Assembly: GCF_009914755.1 (NCBI RefSeq)
Contig: NC_060926.1
Source: the human T2T-CHM13v2.0 reference genome, Homo sapiens
Direction: 5' to 3' (one strand)
Length of the DNA: 64,000 nucleotides
Of the stretch, positions 15,181-34,560 are shown piece after piece (position 1 is the stretch's first letter; each line of letters opens with the position of its first letter). Below the pieces are notes generated by a model, which made no database searches, was not told the origin of the DNA, and saw only the letters and a list, made by a program, of their open reading frames with translations. The position numbers and the translations under genes are program-made.

Positions 15181-16256
15181 TACTGTGCAATACCTACTGT
15201 GACATACTAAAGTTACTTGTACAATGAGAATTCTATCTGTAGAAATTGGCAGATCCTCTGTGGTAATGCATTTTTAACTTGAAATGAAAAAGTATTTCAC
15301 ATAAAAGGACAAATTTGCACCAACTATTATAAAACTTTCTTCAAATGTCTACAAAAACATACTCATAAAGATGTGCCAAATGTGGAACAGTCCACACATA
15401 TCCGCCATACTAATTTATTTACTGTATACGAATCAACTTTAAAAGGCTATGAAAGAAGCACCTGCACTTCTCCTTTGGATTCTTATCCTTATTTTAAAGA
15501 ATCTCTACATAAAGTAAAACAGAACCAAGAATTAAAGCTAAAACAAACATGCTATAAACTCTTGGGTCAGGTCATCAGATTAATGGAATGTTAAAATATT
15601 TTTCATTTCTAAAAATTAAGACTTTCTTTCTGCATATTTTGTAGCCAAAACAAATTTTGAGATGAAAAATTAATGATAAAAACAAAAATAAAAGCCTTCT
15701 TTATTTATACATCTTCCTTTTTCTTCTCTTTCCTTTAACATATTAAATTGTAATGATCAAATTAACACAGTACAGTGAATATCCTGCCATTAAGACATGA
15801 TAAATCAAGGTCTGTCATATTCCTTCCAAATTTCAACTCCAAATTCTGTATCTCTTCCATAACTACACAGGTATGCAGAAACAATGCATCTGTTTAAAAT
15901 ATTTACAGCATGAATCTATATACCAATAGGCAATAATACAATTAACCCTTAGGAAGCACTTTGACCAGGCTTATTTATATTATTAATCCCCCATAATGAC
16001 TCCCATAAGATAGGTATAATTATCTCTATGCTATAGGTGGGAACTCAGAAAGACTCACGCCTGTGGTCACCACGATCTCTGAGTTAGAAAATGGAAGAGC
16101 TAGGATTCAACTACTATATATTTTCCCTATCTTTAGGCTCTTCTATAACTCAACTGTCATGTCATCTAATCTCCCACTCTCCCGACCACAGTACCAAAAT
16201 TCTAAAAGCCAAAGCTTCACCATTTTCACATACAAAAAAAAAAAACCAAAAACCAA

Positions 16257-17182
16257 AAAACACAAACAACAACAAAAACCCCGAACAATAACAAAGCTTC
16301 ATTGCTTTCTGAGGCAGTCCTCTCCTCAAATGTACCCCAAATGAAACTTTCAATTCTCTCAACCTCAGACGGCATTGTTCAAGTCCCCTGAGCGCCATAC
16401 CCCTTGAGTATATCCTATCAATACGCCTTTTTTTTTTTTTTTTGAGATGGAGTCTCACCCTGTCACCCAGGCTGGAGTGCAGTGGCACGATCTCGGCTCG
16501 CTGGGACTACAGGTGCACGCCACCAAGCCCGGCTAATTTTTTATATTTTTAGCAGAGACGGGGTTTCACTGTGTGAGCCAGGATGGTCTCAAACTCCTGG
16601 CCTCAGGAGATCTGCCCGCCTCAGCCTCCCAAAATGCTGGGATTACAGGTGTGAGCCACCGCGCCTGGCCCCAATATGCCTTTTAAGACAGGGCAACAGG
16701 TTTCTGGTTCCACAGATAAGGAGCTTGGAAATCACCATCCATCCTACCAACAAATAAAATGCTGAAGAGACTGAAAAACCAACAGTGCTTCCGGGATCCA
16801 AAAGACAGGGGAGGACACCAAGCAAACCACTGACCCCAAACTAGAGAGACAAACAAATAAAGGGAGCCATGGCTACAAGATCCAAGATTCACAAGCAGAA
16901 ATTGCCACAGGAACCAGTGCTGAGGTAGGAAACCTGAGCTGTAACTGACAAATTGCTGGGGGCTAAGTGGTGGTCAAGTCAGAAAATTAAAAACTTTGAA
17001 AGGGACCCAGTTATAGGTGAGACCCCACACCTTTACAGATTTTATATCCAAGAGCTCAACCAGAGTCTCACAGTAAATATTGGAGAAAAATCCCCTCACA
17101 CTTCCAAGAGGGTTAAAGGGAAAGGAACATTTTGAAATATGCCACAGCATTCGCTTCTTAAGGTCAGCCCTCCGGATGTAAC
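16257..17182 (+). repeat. Left arm of an inverted duplication (unique flank + L1M 5' end; contains an Alu)
   Basis: Reverse complement of 19867-20849 once each arm's private Alu is removed. Confidence 0.92.
16428..16670 (-). mobile_element. Alu with ~55-bp internal deletion
   Basis: TSD caata(c/t)gcctttt; junction tctcggctc|gctgggactac. Confidence 0.88.
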
Positions 17183-17190
17183 AGTTTTAC

Positions 17191-17249
17191 TGTGTGTGTG
17201 TGTTTTTTCCTTGTGTGTGTGTGTGTGTGTGTGTATTTAACAGTTTTGC

Positions 17250-17290
<41 letters not shown>
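17191..17290. repeat. Compound (TG)n microsatellite at the inversion junction
   Basis: Three TG runs separated by spacers; aacagtttt occurs twice. Confidence 0.95.
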
Positions 17291-17291
<1 letters not shown>

Positions 17292-17962
17292 TCTGCATTT
17301 ACAGATGACTTTTTTTCTATCAGCCCTTTGAATATATTGGCCCACTGTCTCCTGGCCTCTGAAATATTTGATGAGAAATCTATTCATAATCTATTGAAGA
17401 TTCTTTGTATGTGACAAATCACTTCTCTTTTGCTGCTTTCAAATTCTCTTTGTAATTTTCAAGTGTGACCGTAAGATTTCTCATTGTAGATTTCCTTGAG
17501 TTCAAGTTCATTTTAGTTGGATTTTGTTGACTTTCTTGGATATTCATGGCTTTCATCAAAATTCGGGAGTTTACACCCATTCAAATATTCTGTCTCTTTC
17601 TTCTTCTGTTACTCCCACAGTATATATTTTGTTCTATTTGAATGTGTCCTACTCATACCCCTTAGACTCTGTTCACTTTTCAATCTGTTTTCTTTGTTCC
17701 TCAGACTCAGTAATCTTCATTTTCCTATATACAAGTTTGCTGATTCTTCTGCCGGCTCAAATCTGCCCCTTTGACTCCTTTTAGTGTTTTTTATTTCAGT
17801 TATTGTACTTTTCAGCTCTAGAAATTTTTTGGTTTCTTTTTAGGTTTTCTGTCTCTTTACTGATATTTTCATATTGGTCATACATCACTTTCGTGACTTT
17901 CTCTACATCTTCCTTTAGTTCTTTGAGCATCTTTTGGATAGCTGTTTTAAAGTCTTTGTTTT

Positions 17963-18258
17963 GGCCAGTAGTGGTGGCTCATGCCTGTAATATCAGCACT
18001 TTGGGAGGCTGAGGCAGGCGGATCACCTGAGATCAGGAGTTTGAGACCAGCCTGGCCAACATGGCAAAACCCCATCTCTACTAAAAACACAAAAACTAGC
18101 CAGGTGTGGTGACAGGCGCCTGTAATACTAGCTACTCGGGAGGCTGAGGCACGAGACTCTCTTGAACCGGGAGGTGGAGGTTGCAGTGAGCCAAGACTGC
18201 ACGACTGCACTGCAGCGTGGGTGACAGAGCAAGACTCCATCTCAAAAAAAAAAAAAAA
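17963..18258 (+). mobile_element. AluS
   Basis: Full dimer with A-tail. Confidence 0.9.
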
Positions 18259-18498
18259 TCTTTTTTGAATGGATCGGCCATATTGGCCATCAGGTCTTTT
18301 TCAAGGACGGTTTCTTTTGATTTGTTTTTGTTTTCTTTGAATGGCCTATATACATTTTCCTGTTTCTTCGGATATAAGACATATTCTGCCGGTGTGATTG
18401 TTGTCCAGGTAACGAAAGAGATTCCTCTTGCTTGTTACTCCCCTCTCTTTTCAGAATCCTCTCTCTCCCCATCATTTGTGTTTGTGTGCTTTTTCATT

Positions 18499-18785
18499 AA
18501 GAGATGGGGTCTTGCTCTGTCACCCAGGCTGGAGTAAAGTGGTATGATCATGGCTCACAGGAGCCTTGACCTCCCAGGCTCAAGCAATCCTGCCACTTCA
18601 GCCTCCAGAGTAGCTGGGACTACAGGCACATGCCACCACATATGGCTAATTATTTTTAATTTTCTCGTAGAGATGGGGTCTCACTATGTTGCCCAGGCCT
18701 GTCTCAAACTCCTGGCCTCAAGCAATCCTTCCACCTTGGCCTCCCAAAGTGCCAGGATTACACGTATGAGCTACTGCACCCAGCC
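18499..18785 (-). mobile_element. AluJ
   Basis: J-type diagnostics (ctcaagcaatcct, cactatgttgcccagg). Confidence 0.88.
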
Positions 18786-19866
18786 ACCCCATCACTTTTG
18801 AAGGATAATTTCCTAAAGTGCAGAATTCTAGATTGGTAATTTTGCTTTCTTTTTTATTCTCAATACTTTAAAAATTTTATTCCACTCTTTTTGCTTGCAT
18901 GGTTTCTGAGGAGAAGTCAGATAAAATTCTTATCTTTGTTCCTGTATAGGTAAAGTGTGGTTTGTTAGGCTTTTTCTTCTCTTGGCTTTCAGGCTTTTTC
19001 TTATGCTTGGTTTTCTATAGTTTGAAAATGATATTCCTAAATCTAACGTTTAAGACATTTATTCTGCTTTCTGTTCTTTGGGCTTTCTGGATCTGTGGTT
19101 TGGTGTCTGACATTAATTTGGGTAAAATTTTCACTATTATTTCAAATGTTTCTTCTGTTGTTTTTTTCTTCTTCTTGTATTCCCATTACACATATTTTAC
19201 ACCTTTTCTAGTGGTTCCATGGTTCTGTGATAATTCTGTTCTGATGTTTTCAGTCTTCCCTCTACATGCTTTCAGTTTTGGGTGTACCTATTGATATATC
19301 CTGAAACTTAGAGATATTTTATCAACCTTGTTCAGTCTAGCAATAAGTCTATCAAAGGCACTTTTCATTTCTGTTAAAAGTGTTTTTGATCTCTAGAATT
19401 TATTTTCACTTGTTCCTTAGGATTTCTATCTCTCTACTCACATCACCACTCTATTCATGCATGCTATTTTATCCATTAGCATATTAATCAAAGTTCTTTT
19501 AAATTGCTGGTTTGATAATTTTAGTGTTCCTACCATGTTTGCTTCTAATGCTTACTGTCTCTTCAAAATCTTTTTTCCTGCCTTTTAGTATGCTTTGTAA
19601 TTTTTCCTTGATAGCGGGACATGATGCATTGAGTAAAAGGAACTTCTGTAAATAGGTCTTTAGTAATATAAGGTGTAGAGTGAGGCAATGTTTCCTATAG
19701 TTTTAGGTTCTACAATCTTGTGGGCAGTGTTCTATAGTCTTATGATTAGGTCTCAGCGAATCCTTATGCCTCTATACTGTGAACTTTAAATGTGCTTCTG
19801 AGTCATAGGATGGCTAGTGTGGGCTGGAGTTGTGTATTAACCTTCCCCAAGTTCCATTATGCTCTG

Positions 19867-20849
<983 letters not shown>

Positions 20850-21306
20850 CCCTAAACTGACAGGAAAGTTAAGACATTAACAGATAAACAAAAATTAAGG
20901 GAGCTTGTTACCAGTAGACCTGACCTGCAAGAAATGGTCAATGAAGTCCTACAGGGTGAAATGAAAACACACTGTTTAAACAGTAAGTTGAAGTCATGTG
21001 AAGAAATAAAAATCTCAATAAAGGTAAATACACACACAATTATAAAGTCCAGTATTACTGTAATAATGGATTATAATTGCACTTTTTGCTTTCTACATGA
21101 TTTAAAAGGCCAATACATATTTTTAAATTATTAATCTAAAAGCTAGTATTATTGAAACTTTGTTTCATAAACCCATTTTGTTCTATATAAAAAATTGATG
21201 CATTTAAAGTGATTAGTTTATGGTTTGGGGCACATAATGAATAAGGAGGTAATTCTGTGACAGCAACTGGAAAGGGTGAGGGCAGAGCTGTTAAAGAAGC
21301 AGAGCT

Positions 21307-21625
<319 letters not shown>

Positions 21626-22432
21626 CTAAGCTGGTATAAATTGACATCTGAATTTTTATAAGTTTAGGATGTTAAATGTAATGCCTATGGTATCTACAAA
21701 GAAAACAGAATACATACTAAACAAATTGAGAAAGAATGTAAACATACCACTATAAGAAAATGAACTGAACACAAAAGCCAAGAGAAATGCAGGAAATAAG
21801 GGTCAAAAAAAAAAAAAAAAAAAAAAAGCTTTACAACATATAGAAAACAAATAGCAAAATAACAGAAATAAATTCTTCTTCCCAGTAATGACATTCAATG
21901 TAAGTGAGTTAAACTCTCCAATCAAAAGACAGAGATTGGCAGAATGAATTAAAAAAAAGATCCATCTATGCATTGTCCATAAGATAATCACTTTAGATCC
22001 AAAGACACAAACTGATTGATAGTGGAAGGATGGAAATAGTAACCAAAAGAGAGCAGAAGTGGCTATACTAATATCAGACCAAATACACTTTAAATCAATA
22101 AAGGTTACAGGAAACAAAAAAAAACATTATATCTTAATAAAAGTTTCAACACAGTAAGAAGACACAGCAATTACAAACATTTATAGACCTAGTAACAGAC
22201 CATCAAAATATATGATGCAAAAACAGAACTGAGGGAGAAATAGACAGCTCTATAATAATAGTTGGAGACTTTCATTCTGTATTATCACTTAATAGAATGG
22301 AGTATGGAAATACAGTAAAGAAACAGAGGACTTAACACAATAAACTAACTAGATCTTAGGGATATATACAGAACACATAATAACATATATAATATTCTCA
22401 AGTGCACATGGGACATTTTCCAAAACAGATCA

Positions 22433-22672
<240 letters not shown>

Positions 22673-23514
22673 CTACAATGAGAAAATCCACAAAAACATG
22701 GAAATTAAACAACACACAAATAACCAACGAATCATATAAGAAATCAGAAGGGAAATTAGGAAATACTCCAGAGACAAATGAAAACAACACAACAAAAAAC
22801 TTAACGGAAAACAGCAAAAGTAGTATATGGGAGAAATTTATAGCTATAAATGCTTACATTAAAAAAACGAGAATGATCTGAAATTAAAAACGAAACTTTA
22901 CAATTTAAGAAACTAGAAAGAGAAAAACAAACTAAACCCAAAGCCATCAGAAGCAAGGAAATAATAAAGATTAGAGCAAAGATAAAACAGAGAACACAAC
23001 AACAACAACAACAACAACAAAATCAATGAAACCAAAAGTTGGTTCTTTGAAACAATCCAAAAGAGTCACAAACCTCTGGCTAGATGGACTAATAAAAAAA
23101 ACAGAGAATGCTCAAATTATTAAAATCAGAAATAAAAGTGGGGACATTACTACCCACTTTACGAAAATTAAAATGATTAAGAGAGTACTCTGACCAATTC
23201 TATGTTAACAAATAGAATAACTTAGATAAAACAGACAAATTCCTAGAAACACAAAATCTACCAAGACTAACTCACACAAAAAACCAGAAAATATAAATAG
23301 ACCTACAATTAGTAAAGAGATTGATTCAGTAACCAAAACTTTCCTGACATAGAAAAGCTCTTTACCTAATGGCTTCACTGGTGAGTTCTACCAAATATTT
23401 CAATAACATCAATCATTCTCATACTTCTCTAGAAAACTGAAGAGGAAGGAACACCTCCTAACTCATTCTATGAGGCCAGCATTACCCTGATACCAAGGAC
23501 AGATAAAGACATCA

Positions 23515-24150
<636 letters not shown>

Positions 24151-24337
24151 TACGAGAAAACAACTATCAACCAGTTTCACTTCTGAAAATTAACAGAAAG
24201 ATTCTCAACAAATTACTAGCAAACTGAAATCAGCAGTATATTAAAAGGTTTCCACATCATGACCAAGTATGATTTATTCCTAGAATCCAAGGATGGTAAA
24301 ACATGTGCAAATCAATCGCTGTATTAAACCACATTAA

Positions 24338-24812
<475 letters not shown>

Positions 24813-25674
24813 TGAATATCATACTCAATAGTGAAAGTCTAAAAGTTTTTCCGCTAAGATAAAGAACAAGAAAAGGCTTGTGCCACTTCTAGTCAACATA
24901 GCACTGGAAGTTCTAGCCAGAGAAATTAGATAATAAAAAATAAATAAAACTATCTTTGTCCATAAGTGATTTATGATCTTTTATGTAGACAATCCTAAAG
25001 ATCCCACCTCCCAAAAAATGTATTAGAATAAGTTAGGCAAAATTGCGGCATACAAAGTCAACACTCAAAAGTCAATTATATTTCTATACACTAAAAATAA
25101 ACAATCTAAAATGAAAATTACAAAAACAATTCCATTTACAATAACATCAAAAAGAACATTTAGGAATTAACTTAATTGAAAGAGACATCTAATAAAAACT
25201 ACAAAACACTGCTAAAAGGAATTAAAGAAGACATAAGTAAATGGAACCCAGTCCCTTGTTATTAGACTGGAAGACTTAGTATTGTTAAAATGACCATTAC
25301 CCAAAACAACCTAGAGTCAATGCAAACCCTGTAACTCCAATGATGTTTCTTGCAAAAATAGAAATAGAGGAAATAAGTGAAAGTAAAACAAAAACTGTTA
25401 TTTTCATGTTCTTAACTGATCTAACAAATAAATTTGTTCAAAATAATAACAGCAACAATATATTCAGTAACATATGCTTGTCTGTATGTGTACTGGTGTG
25501 TGTGTATGTATACATATATATGCACAAAATGAATAACAGCAATGATAGACGTAACAGGAGGAAGGAATTAGGATTATTTTGTTATTATAAGGTATTTTAC
25601 ACCCCCCGTGAAGTGGTATGCTGTGATTTGAAAGGGGACTTGGATAAACTGTGAGTATATTTCTTTTTTCATGT

Positions 25675-27655
<1,981 letters not shown>

Positions 27656-28955
27656 ATGTAAATAAATATTTAAAACTCTAGGGCAAACACTAAAAAAAAG
27701 GAAAAAAGTAGACAAACACTATAAAAAGCAAAAAAAAAAGTATAAACAATCTGCTAAGAAAGGAGAGAAAATGAAATCACATTAAATGATCAGTTAAAAC
27801 CACAAAAGACAGAAAAAGAATGGAAGACAAAAATAGGAACAAGAATATAGGCAACAAAAGAAAACAACAACAAATATGGTAATATTAATTCAGCTATATC
27901 AACAATCACTTTGAATGTCACAAGTCTAAATGGACCAATTTAAAAACAGAGATTGAGTGAATCAAGAAAAAAGACCCAACTATATTTTTTCTATAAGAAA
28001 CTCACATTAAATATAAAGACACATATAGATGAAAAGTAGATGGATGGAAAAAAATATACCATAACAATAATCAAAAGAAAGCAGAAGTAGCTATATTAAT
28101 TTCAGACGAGCAAACTTCAAAGCAAGGAAAGTTACCAGGGATAAAAAAGGGCATTACATAACTGATAAAAGGATCAATTCTCCAAGAGGACATAACAATC
28201 ATCAATGTGTTATATGTCTATCAACAGAGTGTCAAATTACATGAGGCAAAAGCTGATAGAACAGCAAGAAGAAAGAGATAAATTCACTATCATAACTGGA
28301 GACTTTGACACTGCTCTATCAGAAATGGACAGATCCAGCAGGCAGAAAACCAGTTAAGAATATAGTGGAACTCAACAATACCATCAATCAACTGGATATA
28401 ACTGACATCTATAGACTACTTTATCCAACAACAGCAGAATACACATTTTTCTCAAACTCTCATGGAACGTTCACCAAGATAAATCACATTCTGGGCCACG
28501 AAACACACCGTAACAAACTTCAAATAGAAATCATACTGTGTCTATTCTCAGATCACTATGGATTTAAACCAGAAACTGGTAACAGAAAGATAACTAGAAA
28601 ATCCCAAAATATGTGGAGATTAAACAACATAATTCTAAATAACTCTTGGGTCAAAGAAGGAATCTCATGAGAAATTAAAATATATTTTGAAATAAATGAA
28701 AATAAAAACAAAACTTTTCAAAATTGGTGGGATACAGTGAAAGCAGTGCTTAATGCACATATCTAAAATCAATAATCTGAGTTTCCAACTTAGGAAACTA
28801 GAAACAGAAGAAACAAATTAAATTCCAAGTAGGCAAAAGAAAATAAATAATAAAAATTAGAGCAGAAACCAAGGAATAGAAAACAAGAATACACAAAAAT
28901 CAATGAAACTAAAAGCTGGTTCTTTGAAAAGACCAATAATATTGATAAGGCTCTA

Positions 28956-29344
<389 letters not shown>

Positions 29345-30261
29345 GTGAATGAATGAATGATAACTCTATGCCCACAAATTTAATAATTTAGATGAAATGG
29401 ACCAATTCCTTCAAAGACATAATACGCCAAAACTCATACAAGAAGAAACAGACTTACTGTTATTAAATAAATTAAATCAATAGTTATTAACCTTCCAAAA
29501 CAGAAAGCATGAGGTCCAGATGGATTCAGTGGTGAAATGTACCAACTATTAAAGGAAGAAATTATCTATAATGTATTTTAGAGGACAGATGTAGAGGGAA
29601 TATTTCCAGAATCATTCTACGAGGTCAGCAAAAAACTTGACAAAGATATTACAAGAAAACTACAAACCATTATCTCTAATGAACACAGATGCAAAAATCC
29701 TCAACAAAATATTAGCCAATCAAATCCAACAATGTATTATGCGGTGTAAAAGAATTATACGCCACAACCAAGTGGGATTTATTACAGGTATACAAGACTG
29801 GTTCAACATTTCAAAATCAATTATTGTAATCCATCACACCAACAGGCTAAAAAAGAAAGACAGATGATCATATCATAGATGCAGAAAAAGCATCTGACAA
29901 ATCCAACACCCACTCATGATTTAAAAAAAAAAAAAAAAAAAAAAACCTCAGTACATGAAGAATAGAGGAACTTCAACTTGAATATCTATAAAAAATCCAC
30001 AGCTCACTTCATGTTTACTGGTAAGAAACTAGCTTTCCCACTAAGATCAAGAACAAAAGCAAGGACATTTCCTCTCACCAATCCTTTCCATCACTGTACT
30101 GAAAGTCCGAGGTAATGCAATAACACAGGAAAAGGAAGTAAAGCGTATACAGATTGGGAAGGATCTATGTGATCATCTATGTAGAGGATTCGAAAGTTTC
30201 CTGGAACAAGTCATTATACCAAGTTGCAAGACAGAAGGTTAATACACAAAAGTTCATTGCT

Positions 30262-30451
30262 TTCCTGTAGATGAGCAATGAAAAAGTGGAATTTGAAATT
30301 AAATTCTGTATATGAGCAATACATATGAAATTAAATTCCTCTATATGAGCAATGAAAAAGTGGAATTTGAAATTAAATTCTGTATATGAGCAATGTATAT
30401 GAAATTAAATTCCTGTATATGAGCAATGAAAAAGTGGAATTTGAAATTAAA
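30262..30451. repeat. 74-bp-period tandem repeat (~2.5 copies) inside L1 ORF2
   Basis: atgagcaatgaaaaagtggaatttgaaattaaa at 30271, 30345 and 30419. Confidence 0.92.
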
Positions 30452-30783
30452 AACACAGTACCATTTACATTAAAGCACCTACAAAAATAAAACAGGCATA
30501 AATCTAACTAAACATGTATAAGATCTATATGAGGAAAACTACAAAACTCTGATGACAGAAATCAAAGAACTAAGCAAATGGAGAGACAGTCCATGTTCTT
30601 GGATGTGAAGACTCAATGTTGTCAAGATACCGGTTCTTCAAATATAGACCAAGTTGGTCTATATTTTCAATCCAATCACAAAAAAAACCCCAGTAAGTTA
30701 TTTCACGGATATTGACAAACTGATTCTAAAGTTTATATGGAGAAGCAAAAGACCCAGAATAGCCAACAAAATATTAAAGAACA

Positions 30784-31085
30784 GTCAGGTGCAGTGGCTC
30801 GCACCTGTAATCCTAGCACTTTGGAAAGCCAAGGCAGGTAGATCGCTTGAGCCCAGGAATTTGAGACCAGCCTGGGCAGCATAGCAAAACCCCATCTTTA
30901 CTAAAAATACAAAAATTAGCCAGGAGTGGTGGCACACGCTTGTAGTCCCAGCTACTCGAGAGGCTGGGGCAGCAGGATCACCTGGGCCCAGGAGGCAGAG
31001 GTTGCAGTGAGCCAGGATCACACCCCTGCACTCCAGCCTGCGCAACAGAGGAAGATGCCGTCTCAAACAATAATAATTAAAAATA
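30784..31085 (+). mobile_element. AluJ
   Basis: Diverged dimer. Confidence 0.88.
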
Positions 31086-31699
31086 AATAAGGAAGAACAA
31101 AATGGGAGGGATGAAACTATCCAACCTATAGACTTACTATAAAGCTACAGTAATCAAGACAATGTGATATTGGTGAAAGAAAAGACAAATAGATCAATGA
31201 AACAGAATAGAGAGCCCAGAAATAGACCCACATAAATATAGTCAACTGATCTTTGACAAAGGAGCAGAGGCAATACGATGGATTGAACAAATGTTGCTGG
31301 AATAACTGAATATCTACATGCAAAAAAAAAAAAAAAGAATCAAGACCAGACCTTATATCTTCTAGAGGATAGCACAGGAGAAAACCTAAATTATCTTGAT
31401 TAGAGCAATGGTTTTTTAGATATAGCACCAAAGACATAACCCAAGAAAGAAAGAACTGATAACCTGAACTTCACTAAAATTCAAATTGTCTACTACTCAA
31501 AGACAATGTCAAGAGGATGAGAAGAAAAACCAAAGACTGGGGGAAAATATTTGAAAAACACCCACCTGACAAAGGTCTATTATCCAAAAGAATTTGTTAT
31601 ACAAAGAACTCTCAAAACTAAACAATAAAAAAAAATAAACAACCCAATCAAAAAATGGGCCAAAGACCTGAACAGACACTTCATCAAAGAAGATATACA

Positions 31700-31990
31700 G
31701 GCTAGGCGTGGTGGCTCATGCCTATAATCCCAGCACTTTAGGAGGCCAAGGTGGGCAGATTGCCTGAGGTCAGGAGTTTGAGACCAGCCTGGCCAACATG
31801 GTGAAACCCCATCTCTACTAAAAATACAAAAAATAGCCGGGCATACTGGCAAGTGCCTGTAATCCCAGCTACTTGGGAGGCTGAGGCAGGAAGAATCACT
31901 GGAACTCAGGAGGCGGAGGTTGCAGTAAGCCTAGATAGCGCCATTGCACTCCAGCCTGGCGACAGAGACTCCGTCTCAAAAAAAAAAAAA
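31700..31990 (+). mobile_element. AluS
   Basis: TSD aagatatacag flanks this Alu plus the nested Yb8. Confidence 0.9.
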
Positions 31991-31992
31991 GA

Positions 31993-32299
<307 letters not shown>

Positions 32300-33710
32300 G
32301 CAAGAAAGAAAGAAAGAAAGAAAGAAAAGAAAAAAAGGAAAAGATATACAGATGGCAAATAAGTATATGAAAAGATGTTCCACATCATATGTCATCAGGG
32401 AAATGTCAAATTAATAAGGAGATACTGTTAAACACCTAATCAAATAACCAAAACACTTGTTTTTTGTCAGTTATAACAGCGACAAGACCAAATGCCAGGG
32501 AGGATGTGAAGCAAGAAGAATCTTCATTCATTGCTGGTAGGAATGCAAAGTGGTACAACCACTTTAGAAAACAGTTTGGCAGTTTTTTAGAAAACCAAAT
32601 ACACTCTTATCCTATGATCCAGCAATCAAGATCCTTGGTATTTAACCAAATGAACTGAAAATTTATGTCTACACAAAAGCCTGCATATGGATGTCTATAG
32701 TGCTTTACTCATAATTGTCAAAACCTGGAGGCAATCAATATGCCCTTCAGTAGGTGAATGGATAAACTTTGGTACAGCCAGACAACAGAATATTGTTTAG
32801 TAAAAAGTAATAAGCTAAAGGATCACAAAAAGACATGGAGAAACCTTAAATGCATATTACTCAGTGAAAGATGACAATCTGAAAAGGTTGCATACTGTAT
32901 GATTCCAATTACATGACATTCTGGAAAAGGCAAAACTATGAAAACAGTAAAAAGAGTGACTGCCAGAGACTTGGGGCTGGGAGATGAATAGGCACAGCAC
33001 AGAGGATTTTTGGGGCAATGAAAATACTATGTATAATAGTATAACGATGGGCATATATCATTGTACACTTGGCCAAACCTATAGGATGTACACCACCATG
33101 AGCAAGCCCTAATGTAAACTATGACAATGGGTGAGTATAATGTGTCAATGTAAGCATCAGTTGTAACAAATGTACTCTAATGAGGGATGCTGACAATGGA
33201 AGTGTCTATGCACACGTTGGGGCAAGGGGTATATGGGACATCTCTATACCTTCCTCTCGATTTTACTGTGAACCTAAAAGTGCTCTTAAAAAAACTAAAG
33301 TCTTTTTTTAAAAAAACAGGCCAACAGGGCATCTAGAATAAATAAAATATTACAGGTATGGTCCATCAATTTCTATCAATTTAGAAATTATATTAAAGCA
33401 GCCCCAAATTTCTTTACTACTTTAGGTAGTCTGATCATTAATGACTCTTGCCTGCTTACAATCCAAGGAAAATGGTTCTTTAATTAAGACAGTACTGTTA
33501 AGCAACTATTCCCTGTGTTCTTCACATCCAAGTACTATATTCTGGTTCAATTTCACTTCTATCTGGCCAATGTTCTTTCCCATTGATGATTTCTGAATTT
33601 TGGCTCATCACCTAAAATCATCCTCATTATACTTCAGGTTTAACTCATTTGCAAAATTATTCAACGTGCTACCATTGCTCCCAAACAAGTCATTAAAATG
33701 TTTAATAGGA

Positions 33711-34011
33711 GGCCGGGTGCAGTGGCTCACGCCTGTAATCCCAGCATTTTGGGAGGCCGAGGCAGGCGGATCACCTGAGGTCGGGAGTTCAAGACCAGAC
33801 TGACCAACATGGAGAAACCCTGTCTCTACTAAAAATACAAAATTGGCCAGGCGTGGTGGTGCATGCCTGTAATCCCAACTACTTAGAAGACTGAGGCAGG
33901 AGAATTGCTTGAACCCGGGGGGTGGAGGTTACGGTGAGCCGAGATCGCGCCATTGCACTCCAGCCTGGGCAACAAGAGTGAAACTCTGTCTAAAAAAAAA
34001 AAAAAAAAAAA
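33711..34011 (+). mobile_element. AluSp
   Basis: gtcgggagttc, catggagaaacc, caacaagag; TSD aaaatgtttaatagga. Confidence 0.9.
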
Positions 34012-34279
34012 TGTTTAATAGGAGAAGAGGGACCCTGAAACCTTTCTTGGAGGTCTCTGTCCCATGTACCATCCATGCTTTCACCAGCCTCCTTGGAATA
34101 AAACTAGTACATTAGTTATAAAGCTTGCCTACCCATACAATTATTACTGTGCCATTTCATCATATTATCCTCAAGTGTGTCAGACTTCTTCAGAAGAATA
34201 ATATTCTTCTTATGGATATGTATTACATAAATTGCACTACCCTGATCTACAAGTCCAATAAACCTATCAAGAAAGGCAC

Positions 34280-34560
34280 AGTGAGGTGTCTCATGCTTGT
34301 ACTCCCAGCACTCTGGGAGGCCGAGCAGGTAGATCCCTTGAGTCCAGAAATTCAAGATCAGCCTCGGCAACATGGTGAAACCCCATCTCTACATAAAATA
34401 CAAAAAATGAGCTGGGTGTGTGGCACATGCCTATAGTCCCAGCTTCTTGGAGGGCTGAGGTAGGAGAACTGCTTGAGCTTGAGAAGTCAAGACTGCAGTG
34501 AGCCAAGATTGTGCCACTGCACTCCAGCCTCAGTGACAAAGCAAGACCCTGTCTCAAAAA
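34280..34560 (+). mobile_element. AluJ
   Basis: Diverged dimer. Confidence 0.85.

Larger units (their letters stand above)
17295..19866 (-). mobile_element. Inverted block of old L1M sequence (two nested L1 5'/ORF1 portions)
   Basis: T-rich minus-strand ORF1 motifs. The ORF1 late motif (ttctgaggagaagtcaga / atttgatgagaaatc) occurs twice, near 18905 and 17366. Confidence 0.75.

Noticed and set aside
30262-30451. Repeat-spacer-like pattern resembling a CRISPR array
   Set aside because: The spacers are near-identical derivatives of the repeat inside a human L1; an ordinary minisatellite with no cas genes.
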